Positions 9,748 through 17,898 of a DNA stretch of 64,000 nucleotides are shown in pieces. How positions within the stretch are numbered: the first letter of the stretch is position 1; every line of letters starts with the position of its first letter. The DNA comes from a virus (taxonomy: Duplodnaviria > Heunggongvirae > Uroviricota > Caudoviricetes), in IMG/VR virus record IMGVR_UViG_3300043427_004512; one strand, given 5' to 3'. The translations under genes were made by a program, and so were the position numbers. A model generated the notes under the pieces. The model searched no databases and had not been told where the DNA came from. It saw nothing but the letters and a program-made list of their open reading frames with translations.

Positions 9748-10037
9748 ATAAGATAAATAGAACCACAAATAAAAAACCCCTCGTAAAACCTGAGTTGTTT
9801 CCAAAATGGAAATAGTTCAAAAAAAGAATGGTTCGTCATCAATCCATCCATACTTATTTCCCAAATAAACAAGAGTACAAGATAAAATAATTGCTCCCAA
9901 TAAAACGAGTAAGACTATCATAAACACAAAGGTAATACATTTTCCAAAAATTTCCAGAAATTTTTTTTTCTCGTTGGGAAGGTAAATTAAAATAGGGGGG
10001 GTCTTGTTTTAGAAGAGACAATACTCATAATTAAATT

Positions 10038-10208
10038 ATGAGAAACTACTACGACTTTTGGTCAAAGAAAATTATCAGACAAGGATTAAAAGCAATCAAG
10101 AGCGTTATTGGTCTTGGATTATCTTTCACATTTACACTTGAGAACCGGCTAATCGGTGGACTATTCTTTGGATGGGTATTGATGGAATCACTTATCGATA
10201 GAGAATAA
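10038..10208 (+). CDS. small membrane protein (56 aa; MRNYYDFWSKKIIRQGLKAIKSVIGLGLSFTFTLENRLIGGLFFGWVLMESLIDRE)
   Basis: not in the ORF track (under 60 aa); followed immediately by the terminator hairpin at 10211. Confidence 0.35.
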   Translation: MRNYYDFWSKKIIRQGLKAIKSVIGLGLSFTFTLENRLIGGLFFGWVLMESLIDRE

Positions 10209-10210
10209 AA

Positions 10211-10236
10211 AACCCCTTACTAAGAAGGGGTTTCAA
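10211..10236. terminator. hairpin CCCCTT-actaag-AAGGGG flanked by A6 and a weak T-run
   Basis: lies between the small plus-strand ORF and the minus-strand gene 10244..10462. Confidence 0.5.
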
Positions 10237-10243
10237 TTATTCA

Positions 10244-10462
10244 TTAAGGTACTCTAATTTGAAATCTTGTTTTTAAGTCTGGAACAAATACAGTGAAACT
10301 ATCTCCCTTTCGTTTGATAGATACTTGACGATAAACAGTATTATCAGGAATTTCCCTCAGATTAGAACTATTTTTTATATTAACCACATTAGGTTGTTCA
10401 TTTAAAACTTTATTAACCAAACGAGATAAATGCTCTTCTGTCAATCTTACCGTCTTTTTCAT
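10244..10462 (-). CDS. leader-A protein (MKKTVRLTEEHLSRLVNKVLNEQ), 72 aa
   Basis: family-A leader. Confidence 0.55.
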   Translation of the reverse strand: MKKTVRLTEEHLSRLVNKVLNEQPNVVNIKNSSNLREIPDNTVYRQVSIKRKGDSFTVFVPDLKTRFQIRVP

Positions 10463-10493
10463 TTTTTGTGTTTATAATAAATACCATAGACAA

Positions 10494-10515
10494 GTCAATT
10501 TTTCCCAAAAATTTT
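10494..10515. repeat. direct repeat copy 1 (gtcaatttttcccaaaaatttt)
   Basis: 22 nt identical to 11006..11027; degenerate copies at 9938..9960 and 10952..10972. Confidence 0.7.
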
Positions 10516-10517
10516 AT

Positions 10518-10964
10518 TTATGAATTATTCCTTGAATTAATTTGACGGGTCTTTTTTTTCTTTATCCTTAAATGAGGAGGTATTAATTTTCTAACCTTGA
10601 TAATTGTTTTATTACTCGCTCCCGTAAGTTCTATTATTCTTTTAATAGTCAAACCCTCTTTCAGATACTCACCAATTTCCCTATTCATAGGTTTATTCAA
10701 AAAAGTTGTTTCATCTTCCACACTACCCTTAGGTCTACCTTCTATATAAGACAATGGGAGACCCATTGCAATTTTTTCTTCCTTTCTCTTCTTTCTTCCA
10801 ATTGATGCCAACTTCTGTATCTTTAACATATGGTCCCCATGAACTTTTGAATGACATAATTCACATAACGGAATAGTCTTAGTCCCACCTTTAACTCTCG
10901 GTACAACATGATGATTATGAATTCTTTCATCCGACCCACATTCGAAACATACAATTTTTTCCAA
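10518..10964 (-). CDS. HNH homing-type endonuclease with C-terminal HTH
   Basis: CFECGSDERIHNHHVVP...CELCHSKVHG HNH motif; apparent TTG start; bracketed by 22-bp direct repeats. Confidence 0.75.
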   Translation of the reverse strand: MEKIVCFECGSDERIHNHHVVPRVKGGTKTIPLCELCHSKVHGDHMLKIQKLASIGRKKRKEEKIAMGLPLSYIEGRPKGSVEDETTFLNKPMNREIGEYLKEGLTIKRIIELTGASNKTIIKVRKLIPPHLRIKKKKTRQINSRNNS

Positions 10965-11005
10965 AAATTTTTGTTTTGATTATAATAACAAATTACCAAA
11001 GGGGG

Positions 11006-11027
11006 GTCAATTTTTCCCAAAAATTTT
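11006..11027. repeat. direct repeat copy 2 (gtcaatttttcccaaaaatttt)
   Basis: identical to 10494..10515. Confidence 0.7.
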
Positions 11028-11077
11028 TTTTGCTTAATCGAGGGGATTATCCCCCTATATACGACATTCTGACAGGA

Positions 11078-11146
11078 GGGGAGGGGGGATACGGGGTACA
11101 GGAGGGGGTAGGGACCCCATGCCAAGGGGGGTATATGACAGGGGGG
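11078..11146 (+). other. cluster of G-runs with G-quadruplex potential (GGGG A GGGGGG ATAC GGGG .. GGGGG TA GGG .. GGGGGG .. GGGGGG)
   Basis: seven G3+ runs within 70 nt in an otherwise AT-rich genome. Confidence 0.5.
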
Positions 11147-11188
11147 AGTTATACACATAATATCCCCCACCCCCTATAAAATTATTAA

Positions 11189-11644
11189 CTATTTCTCCAC
11201 CTTATAATGTGAAGGTCTTATTCTGAATACAGAACGTGAAAGGTGTGCAGGTAGTTTCTTATCTTCGGGTATGTTGGCATGTTCATTAAACCTATGAATG
11301 ATTTTGGATACATCATTATTAACTTTATCAGCGAGTGATTCATCGTTTAGGAATTTTTTAAATGATATACCAATGTGTTCATAGTTTTCCCATGGTAAGA
11401 ACTTGGGGTCCATTACTTGTTTGGTAAGGTTCTCTATCTTATCCTCCCCGAAGTATTCCACGAGTTTGTTGTAGTCGATAATAATATCAAAGAAGACTAA
11501 ACTATTATATGCTTCGGGGTCATCATTGGCATCAATATCAACAATGAATGGGAGTCTGTGCTTAAGAAGACTTCTAAGCAATTTAAACTCCGTTGAGTTT
11601 TCCACCATCTCTTTTGTAAGTCCTTTGGTTAAATTAAATGCCAT
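11189..11644 (-). CDS. hypothetical protein (tandem paralog 1)
   Basis: ENSTEFKLLRSLLKHRLPFIV matches ENSREFRVILNALRRSFPFVK in the next gene. Confidence 0.5.
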   Translation of the reverse strand: MAFNLTKGLTKEMVENSTEFKLLRSLLKHRLPFIVDIDANDDPEAYNSLVFFDIIIDYNKLVEYFGEDKIENLTKQVMDPKFLPWENYEHIGISFKKFLNDESLADKVNNDVSKIIHRFNEHANIPEDKKLPAHLSRSVFRIRPSHYKVEK

Positions 11645-12086
11645 GTGTTTTTATATATTCGTTTACATCATCTTTTGTTACATAGTATGATGATATGTTA
11701 ATTGCATAGAAAGGGATTTTTTCTTCCTCAGGTAGTATTGAATCAGACTGATGAACTACATTAATCTTCTTATGCATTATCTCACTAATCTTCATTGTAT
11801 CTGAAAGACTAAGTCCGAATGTAGATAGGGTCCCTTTAATAACTGTATCAAGTGAATCTTTGTTTAAAACATATTTGATGTATGATGGCAATCTTCTATT
11901 ACCCCCAAGGTATTTAAAAAACTTATCAATATCAATTTCACATTCCAAGAATAATGTTGTTTTATAGTCTTCCCAATTGTCAGTTAATCTTATACTCTTC
12001 ACAAATGGGAAGGACCTTCTTAGAGCATTTAATATTACTCTGAACTCTCTTGAATTTTCAATACCTTCTCTTGTCTTCGGGACCAT
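11634..12086 (-). CDS. hypothetical protein (tandem paralog 2)
   Basis: paralog of 11189..11644; 11-nt overlap. Confidence 0.5.
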   Translation of the reverse strand: MVPKTREGIENSREFRVILNALRRSFPFVKSIRLTDNWEDYKTTLFLECEIDIDKFFKYLGGNRRLPSYIKYVLNKDSLDTVIKGTLSTFGLSLSDTMKISEIMHKKINVVHQSDSILPEEEKIPFYAINISSYYVTKDDVNEYIKTHGI

Positions 12087-12287
12087 GTAAAAAACATTTT
12101 TTGGTTATATCATAAATACATTATACCTTTGCTTTGTCTGAATATAAGTAGGACGGGCTGGAGTGAACCTCTTGGAGCTGAATCAAAGGCAGGTTGCTTA
12201 ATAATAATATTAAGGTCAAGTTTTCCGTTCGAAAAACTTGACCTTAATATGTGGATAAGTTTATTTGGCAGTTTGGGAAATATTTCG

Positions 12288-12295
12288 TATCTTTG
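12288..12295 (+). promoter_or_regulatory. Bacteroidetes-type -7 box TATCTTTG
   Basis: matches the TAnnTTTG consensus; duplicated at 12348. Confidence 0.35.
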
Positions 12296-12347
12296 TAGGT
12301 TATTCCCCCCTATATAAAATTCTTTTGGCCATGTCAGAAAATAGTCG

Positions 12348-12355
12348 TACCTTTG
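12348..12355 (+). promoter_or_regulatory. Bacteroidetes-type -7 box TACCTTTG next to the start of 12360..12767
   Basis: tcgtaCctttgtag repeats tcgtaTctttgtag at 12283. Confidence 0.35.
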
Positions 12356-12359
12356 TAGT

Positions 12360-12767
12360 ATGAAAATGACAAAGAACATACTATTAAAGACTGACACTCG
12401 GGACCTTAGTCAAACCAAGGTTAAGGAGATTGCCAAGCTTACCATCATGTATGGTGTTGGGAAGTTTGGGGTCCATAACTATAAGAAGGTCCCCACCGTT
12501 TCAGTTGTCAATAACCCTGACGATAAGTTCTATGGTATGTTTGACTGTGGGACCAATAAGATAGTTGTCAATAGAGCTTATGCTGTCAATGTTAAATTGT
12601 TGGTCCAAACTATTCTCCATGAATATACCCACTACCTTCAGAACATGAGCAAGTATATACAACTCTATAAGAAGGTTGGGTATGACAACCACCCCTACGA
12701 AGTGGAAGCAAGAAACAGTGAGAAGTTATATTCAGAAGCGTTCAAACAAATAAAACAATTGATATGA
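12360..12767 (+). CDS. HExxH metallopeptidase-like protein (LHEYTHYL)
   Basis: HExxH motif; 135 aa. Confidence 0.45.
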   Translation: MKMTKNILLKTDTRDLSQTKVKEIAKLTIMYGVGKFGVHNYKKVPTVSVVNNPDDKFYGMFDCGTNKIVVNRAYAVNVKLLVQTILHEYTHYLQNMSKYIQLYKKVGYDNHPYEVEARNSEKLYSEAFKQIKQLI

Positions 12768-12961
12768 GTATCTTAATGTATTTCCTGCTCGGACTATTTG
12801 TATTCTTCGTTGGGGTGTCGATGTTTATCGTCGTATTCAAATTCCTCTTTAATATATTTTGGTCATTCATTTCCTTCATGTGGTCCTACGCCAGACTCGT
12901 TGGGACCATCTTGGTTATGATTGTTGTCTATTGTTTCTTTAAGGTTTACATTCTTAATTAA
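12764..12961 (+). CDS. possible small hydrophobic membrane protein
   Basis: ATGA overlap with the upstream gene; 2 TM helices; but it overlaps the 3' end of the minus-strand ORF 12863..13207. Confidence 0.25.
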   Translation: MSILMYFLLGLFVFFVGVSMFIVVFKFLFNIFWSFISFMWSYARLVGTILVMIVVYCFFKVYILN

Positions 12962-13207
12962 CTCTTGACACCAAGCAACAATTTCCTTGGGAGTAATACT
13001 CTCCCCACCATAAACGTATAATCCCTCGACTTTTGCTTCCACACAAGCCCATCCATTCTGAAGGATGGGTTTTCTATTCCACCCCCTCTTAGCCTTCTCG
13101 AAGTACAAGGTCCCTAACTCTTGGTCCTCTACCCTTAGTACTATTCTCACTCTGTTCTCTTCTAACCACTCTATCTCAGGTACAATATATTCTTTCCATG
13201 ATTTCAT
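12863..13207 (-). CDS. hypothetical protein
   Basis: 114 aa ORF in the GC-elevated island. Confidence 0.4.
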   Translation of the reverse strand: MKSWKEYIVPEIEWLEENRVRIVLRVEDQELGTLYFEKAKRGWNRKPILQNGWACVEAKVEGLYVYGGESITPKEIVAWCQELIKNVNLKETIDNNHNQDGPNESGVGPHEGNE

Positions 13208-13861
13208 ACCATAAAATATACGTTGGGAACATATAAAAATAAAGATGACATTGTGTCTGTTAATATCAGGAAGGGGAATGTGGATAAAAAAATACCCCTA
13301 AAAATTTGGATTTGTCAGAATGTCAGGGGACTCGCCACGATGGGGATAATCCCTTTTCCACATTTTCCCCCACTTTCTCCCACCACTGATTCCCACTTTT
13401 TACCACCGAATTGTGTGTGTAGATAGTGTAGGGACCACTTTTTCCCCTGTGGCACTATCAGGAGGACCATATTTTTACTATATATATTTCCCAGATAAAA
13501 AAGGAATATTAAGTGTAATGTGGGGGGAGTGAGTGTAACGAACCTTTAACCCTATATAATACCCCTTCAACGAACCTGTTAGTTTGGTTTTATGACCTTC
13601 CACGAGATGGACAATCTATGTCCCCTTCGTAGCGGACATCTCATATGGTGGGTAAAAGTGGGAAGAGTATAATTTTGTCATTAGTACCACAAAGTGGTAC
13701 CTTTAACATAAAATTACTCTTAAGGGAATATAAGTGTCATACCCTAATGGGTGTAATTATTTACCGAAGGTATTGTCTTATACCCTTATGGGTGTAGACA
13801 CAATATATCACCATCTCACTGATGTCCTGTCATTATATGGGGGACAAGATATAAGGTGGGG

Positions 13862-13946
13862 ATTATAGAGTAAGGTGGTGAACGTAAGGACTTCCGAACG
13901 AAGTGAGGAATGTATTGTCCTGAAGTGAACTAACTTACTCTATAAT
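13862..13946. other. stem-loop element copy A (13-bp inverted repeat attatagagtaag / cttactctataat enclosing ccgaacgaagtgagg and gtgaact)
   Basis: perfect inverted repeat read from the sequence; a second copy with compensatory stem changes at 15511..15610. Confidence 0.5.
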
Positions 13947-13951
13947 ATACG

Positions 13952-14479
13952 TTAAAGAGAGATTGTAATTCCTCCAGTAACCATAACTATTTCACCTAAA
14001 CCCATGTTTAGAGTTACGCCGATTAGTTTACTAACTTGGGAATCAAATCCGTATCTGAAGAAAGGAAGTATCTTGTTTTGAAAAACTGGGTCGGTATTGA
14101 CCGCTTTAGCAGTAAAAGAATGTGCTAAACCGAGTCCGATATTACCTACATATCTATCGTCTCTTTTTGTTTTATAATATACGGAATATATACGCGTGAC
14201 CATACCAGCGTCGTATGTATTTGTAACTCCGTTGATATAGTCATTAATATCGTTTGTTGAGTTATTTATACGCCAAGAATACCCAAACTCGAATCCTATT
14301 CTATCGTTAAATTCAACACCGTGAGAAAGAACAGGTGCAAATTTGTTGATTATATCTGTTTTCATCGTGGTAAAAGTCCCGAAAGATGTGGTGAACTTAA
14401 TAGGTGAGAAGTCAGTGTTTTGACCATAAGAGAAAACCGATGCAATTAAGGAGATTGCAACCATAAAAAATCTTTTCAT
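13952..14479 (-). CDS. outer-membrane beta-barrel-like protein with signal peptide (MKRFFMVAISLIASVFSYGQ)
   Basis: signal peptide plus alternating aromatic/Gly strands, ends ..GGITISL. Confidence 0.45.
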   Translation of the reverse strand: MKRFFMVAISLIASVFSYGQNTDFSPIKFTTSFGTFTTMKTDIINKFAPVLSHGVEFNDRIGFEFGYSWRINNSTNDINDYINGVTNTYDAGMVTRIYSVYYKTKRDDRYVGNIGLGLAHSFTAKAVNTDPVFQNKILPFFRYGFDSQVSKLIGVTLNMGLGEIVMVTGGITISL

Positions 14480-14505
14480 ATATGTGTTTGTTTATTTATA
14501 AGATA

Positions 14506-14513
14506 CAAAGATA
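14506..14513 (-). promoter_or_regulatory. -7 box TATCTTTG (minus strand) 27 nt upstream of the 14479 start
   Basis: gtatctttgta, same core as 12283, 28707 and 29671. Confidence 0.35.
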
Positions 14514-14575
14514 CTATTTCTTTCTACTTCCCCAAATATTTTTTTCTCACTTAATTGGGAGACAACCTATAGGGT

Positions 14576-14584
14576 GGGGGGGGG
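14576..14584. repeat. G9 homopolymer tract
   Basis: gggtggggggggg upstream of the family-D gene array. Confidence 0.6.
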
Positions 14585-14588
14585 AACT

Positions 14589-14605
14589 GTCAAGTAATAC
14601 TTGAC
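14589..14605. promoter_or_regulatory. perfect 17-bp palindrome GTCAAGTAaTACTTGAC (candidate operator)
   Basis: 20 nt upstream of the ATG at 14625. Confidence 0.4.
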
Positions 14606-14624
14606 AACTGAAATATTTATTAAT

Positions 14625-15188
14625 ATGGAAGAAATTTTAAAAAAATTAATTGAAAGACTTGTATTACCGAAATATCCTATTATAAAGGATTTTGCTATTA
14701 CAGAAGTAAATAGAAAAGTTGGAATACATAATTACGAGGCAAAGAATTTTTATAGTGTTCATTATTTTGTTGTGGATGATTTGAATTATGAAAACAATAG
14801 GAAAATAAAAGAAGATATAACATCTGATACTGTAAAATTATTTAAGGCTTTAGGAATTGAAAAATATGATGTACATGAAAGTGTTATGTTTGCTAGTTAC
14901 CAAGTTAATAAAATGGTAAACTCATTAGAAAAATTAATTGGAAATGTTATGCCACCGAAATACCCTTGGATAAAGAATTTTGAGGTTTTTGGAAATGAAG
15001 ATTTCGGAGAGAATTTTTATACAATTCATTACTATGTTGATGAAAATGAATATAAGAAAAAAAACAGCAGTGAAATCAACCGCATTATATCCGAAACTAG
15101 GAATTTATACAGTAGTCTCGGACCGAGTGAAAATGATTTTTTAAAAGATATATCATTCGAGAATTATGGAGAATGGTTTAAGAATTAA
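14625..15188 (+). CDS. family-D protein 1 (MEEILKKLIERLVLPKYPIIKDF..), internal duplication
   Basis: ATG at 14625 (the track start at 14601 is TTG); the LPKYP motif occurs twice. Confidence 0.55.
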   Translation: MEEILKKLIERLVLPKYPIIKDFAITEVNRKVGIHNYEAKNFYSVHYFVVDDLNYENNRKIKEDITSDTVKLFKALGIEKYDVHESVMFASYQVNKMVNSLEKLIGNVMPPKYPWIKNFEVFGNEDFGENFYTIHYYVDENEYKKKNSSEINRIISETRNLYSSLGPSENDFLKDISFENYGEWFKN

Positions 15189-15200
15189 AAAAATATTGTG

Positions 15201-15506
15201 ATGATGAAAGATTCGTTAGATAAGTTAATTAAAAAATTAGTTCTCCCTAAGTATCCCATTATAAAGGATTACGAAATAACGGTAGATGTTTACAAACCCA
15301 CATTACCTTTAGCTGGAGGTAAGAAGAAAATTGCGTCAGAACATTATACAGTTAGTTATGATTTATCTTCTGATGAGGATGGTAATTTTACTGTCACTGA
15401 TGACCTCGGTAAAATAGATAAACTAACGGTGACTTTGTTTAAAATGCTCGGACCTGAACATTATCAGAAGTTGAACAACGTTGATTTTTATAGTTATAAG
15501 GATTAG
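15201..15506 (+). CDS. family-D protein 2 (MMKDSLDKLIKKLVLPKYPIIKDY..)
   Basis: paralog of the previous gene. Confidence 0.55.
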   Translation: MMKDSLDKLIKKLVLPKYPIIKDYEITVDVYKPTLPLAGGKKKIASEHYTVSYDLSSDEDGNFTVTDDLGKIDKLTVTLFKMLGPEHYQKLNNVDFYSYKD

Positions 15507-15510
15507 ATAA

Positions 15511-15610
15511 GATTATAGAGTAATGTGTAGTTAGAGAACGAATGGAGATGACCCCGAACGATAGTGAGGTGTATTGGTCATCGGAGTGAGTGAACTATAC
15601 TACACATTAC
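15511..15610. other. stem-loop element copy B (stem taatgtgtagt / actacacatta; core ccgaacgatagtgagg, gtgaact)
   Basis: shares a 13-nt 5' end and internal motifs with copy A, but the stem sequence is different and still complementary. Confidence 0.5.
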
Positions 15611-15630
15611 AAAATATTATATTTATTAAT

Positions 15631-15939
15631 ATGAAGGAAACACTAACGAAATTAATAAACAAAATAATAATACGTAAATACAGGGATATTGCACCCGAAC
15701 TTAGTTTTGAGGTAATGCCAGCTAGTTTGGAATATGATTCTATGGGTGTTGGAGAGAATACCTATCTTGTAAGATTTAAGTTTACTGATGAGAATGATAA
15801 ATTCCCCTCGATTGTTGAGAAACCTTTGGTTAAGGACACGATATTTGTAATGAAGTCTGTTGGATTAAAAGGTGTACGACACAAACAGAGTAATATGACT
15901 TACTTTAGAGGTTATGTGGATATAATTGGAAATAATTAA
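15631..15939 (+). CDS. family-D protein 3 (MKETLTKLINKIIIRKY..)
   Basis: ATG at 15631 preceded by aaatatttattaat, identical to the sequence upstream of 14625. Confidence 0.5.
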   Translation: MKETLTKLINKIIIRKYRDIAPELSFEVMPASLEYDSMGVGENTYLVRFKFTDENDKFPSIVEKPLVKDTIFVMKSVGLKGVRHKQSNMTYFRGYVDIIGNN

Positions 15940-15961
15940 ATTTCACGTTATTTATAGTTAT

Positions 15962-16237
15962 ATGAACGTTGTCTCATTACAGAAAATAATTAATAAGTTA
16001 GTACTCCCTAAGTATGATTGGATAGTATCCTATGAGATAGATTCTTTCTATTATCGTCCGTTTGAGAATTTTAGAGTAGTATATTATGTAGATTCCCCCG
16101 ACATAACAGATAAAGAGGATGAGGTTAAGAAAGTAGAGAAAATGACTGAGAATTTGTTTGAAGTTCTTGGACCTGTGGGTACTCAGGTATTACGAGGAGT
16201 TGTATTTGAATACGATGAGGATAGAGTGAAGAACTAA
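15962..16237 (+). CDS. family-D protein 4 (MNVVSLQKIINKLVLPKYDW..)
   Basis: paralog; internal Met start. Confidence 0.5.
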   Translation: MNVVSLQKIINKLVLPKYDWIVSYEIDSFYYRPFENFRVVYYVDSPDITDKEDEVKKVEKMTENLFEVLGPVGTQVLRGVVFEYDEDRVKN

Positions 16238-16239
16238 CT

Positions 16240-16614
16240 CTAAAATTTTGTCAAAGCATAACTCGTGACTGAAAAAGAATAAGGAGGTAATCCCAAAATC
16301 TTGGTAATATTTCTTACTTTTCTCTCGTTTGATTCGAGGTGGTCAGAGAAATCTGTATCAGTTTCATCGTATTTTAATTTGATTTGGTACATCCCCTGAA
16401 GTTCATTCCATATTACCTCGACATCGAAAACATGTGGTAAAGACATTTTGGACAACAATCTTTTAATAATGTTGTATGTTGATTCTGAATACTCGACATT
16501 CTCATATTGAGCCAATTCGTTAATATTCATCATCTGTTTAATCCTGTCTATGTTTTCCTGTAAGTTCATGTTTATAAATATATTTGTAAGATAATTATAT
16601 GGTATGAAATACAT
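16240..16614 (-). CDS. leader-C protein (MNLQENIDRIKQMMNINE..)
   Basis: internal Met restores the MNLQENI leader. Confidence 0.5.
   Translation of the reverse strand: MYFIPYNYLTNIFINMNLQENIDRIKQMMNINELAQYENVEYSESTYNIIKRLLSKMSLPHVFDVEVIWNELQGMYQIKLKYDETDTDFSDHLESNERKVRNITKILGLPPYSFSVTSYALTKF
16579..16586 (+). promoter_or_regulatory. -7 box TATATTTG 17 nt upstream of the ATG at 16604
   Basis: matches the TAnnTTTG consensus. Confidence 0.3.
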
Positions 16615-16984
16615 TATATCTGAAAGACAATATCAATTAATAAGTGAAACTTTGGACACGAGTTCTTTAGCACTTAGAAGAAGATTATCTTTAATCGAAA
16701 AATTAATCGACGAGGAATTAGCAGAGATTCATAAAGAAGGTGGTAGTGAATTCACGGACCTAATCGAATTCATGAACATTGTAATTAATATCGTTGTGGA
16801 TAAAGTTTTTACGGAAACAGGTGGAGAAGAAGAATTAGACCAAGAAGAATTAAAAGAATTTATTGAAGAGCATTATGGTGATTACATACTTTCTATGTTC
16901 CCACATGATTTGGAAGGCGATGAAGAGGATGATGAAGACTATGAAGAAGATGAAGACTATGAAGAAGAGGATGATGAATTCTAA
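16604..16984 (+). CDS. leader-B protein (MKYIISERQYQLISE) with poly-acidic C-terminal tail
   Basis: leader; DE-rich tail containing an 18-nt tandem repeat gatgaagactatgaagaa x2. Confidence 0.55.
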   Translation: MKYIISERQYQLISETLDTSSLALRRRLSLIEKLIDEELAEIHKEGGSEFTDLIEFMNIVINIVVDKVFTETGGEEELDQEELKEFIEEHYGDYILSMFPHDLEGDEEDDEDYEEDEDYEEEDDEF

Positions 16985-17034
16985 ATGAATACTTTTTAAT
17001 TGAATATAAAATAATATTAATTCTAAAATAACCA

Positions 17035-17421
17035 ATGCGTTATATTATTACACAATCTCAGTTTCATACTTTGATATACAAATATCTTGATGGTTTATTT
17101 GCTAATGAAGATTTCAGAAAAGAGATTAATCCATATGTAAAAGACGGAAACACTTATAGTATAGACATGTTCACAGATAAGGGAAAAGAATTAATGAGTT
17201 ATTTTTGGTATGGTCCTGGCGAATATGATGATGGAACAGAACATAATGGAATCGGTAATTTACATATACATCACGAATTAGTGGATTCATTAAGAAGTAA
17301 ATTAACCGTAAGAGAATCTAAGATATTGGACATTATTGCGGATTGGGTTAGTGAAAAATTTAATTCTGACGTAGATGATACGACTATATATCCGAAGAAT
17401 CCAAAGCCCACAAATTATTAA
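17035..17421 (+). CDS. leader-B-like protein (MRYIITQSQFHTLIYKYL)
   Basis: degenerate family-B N-terminus. Confidence 0.45.
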   Translation: MRYIITQSQFHTLIYKYLDGLFANEDFRKEINPYVKDGNTYSIDMFTDKGKELMSYFWYGPGEYDDGTEHNGIGNLHIHHELVDSLRSKLTVRESKILDIIADWVSEKFNSDVDDTTIYPKNPKPTNY

Positions 17422-17898
17422 TTATCCAGGTGTCATGTTGTCCAAGTAATATTCCTCTATCTCATCAGAGAAATAATCTTCAACATATTTTGTAATGTAT
17501 GGTTCGATTTTCTCTCTCATTTTTAATATTTCTTCGTAATTTAGGTCTCCTGAAGAATTAGAAATTTCTCTTATAACATTAAAAATAATTCTTGACATAT
17601 ACTCATCATAACTGTTAAAAGACCATGGTACAAGATGTTCGTAAGTATCTCTAACATATCTCGGCAAAAAATCAAATAATCTTCTTTTGATGTATAGTGG
17701 GATTTCTGATTCTGTGACTAAGTCGTTATTTGTGCCACAGTGTGGACAGATGGGTAAAGACTTCTTTCCCTTGTGTATTGTCTGTGTAAACTTCTTTTTA
17801 CAATTGAAACATTTAATCCATTTTTCTCCTGACTCTTTTTCTTCGAGAGAAACTCCCATCACTTCCTTAATCCTTGATATGTTTTCTTGTAAGTTCAT
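17422..17898 (-). CDS. leader-C protein (MNLQENISRIKEVMGVSLEE) with zinc ribbon (CFNCKKKF..CPHCG)
   Basis: internal Met gives the leader and an ATGA overlap with the upstream gene; the track N-extension is spurious. Confidence 0.55.
   Translation of the reverse strand: MNLQENISRIKEVMGVSLEEKESGEKWIKCFNCKKKFTQTIHKGKKSLPICPHCGTNNDLVTESEIPLYIKRRLFDFLPRYVRDTYEHLVPWSFNSYDEYMSRIIFNVIREISNSSGDLNYEEILKMREKIEPYITKYVEDYFSDEIEEYYLDNMTPG

Noticed and set aside
9770-9790. Terminator at aaaaaacccctcgtaaaacc
   Set aside because: The two aaaacc segments form a direct repeat, not an inverted one. No stem can form despite the GC clamp.
10463-11188. Group I / II intron housing the HNH endonuclease
   Set aside because: Flanking genes are small hypothetical ORFs, not typical intron hosts. 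No split reading frame can be reconstructed across the insert. No P7-type R/S elements were seen. Direct repeats favour a free-standing or inserted HNH cassette.
16925-16975. 18-nt tandem repeat (gatgaagactatgaagaa x2) in the acidic tail of 16604..16984
   Set aside because: It is just two units of a coding low-complexity D/E-rich tail, and probably slippage within a disordered region rather than a functional repeat element.
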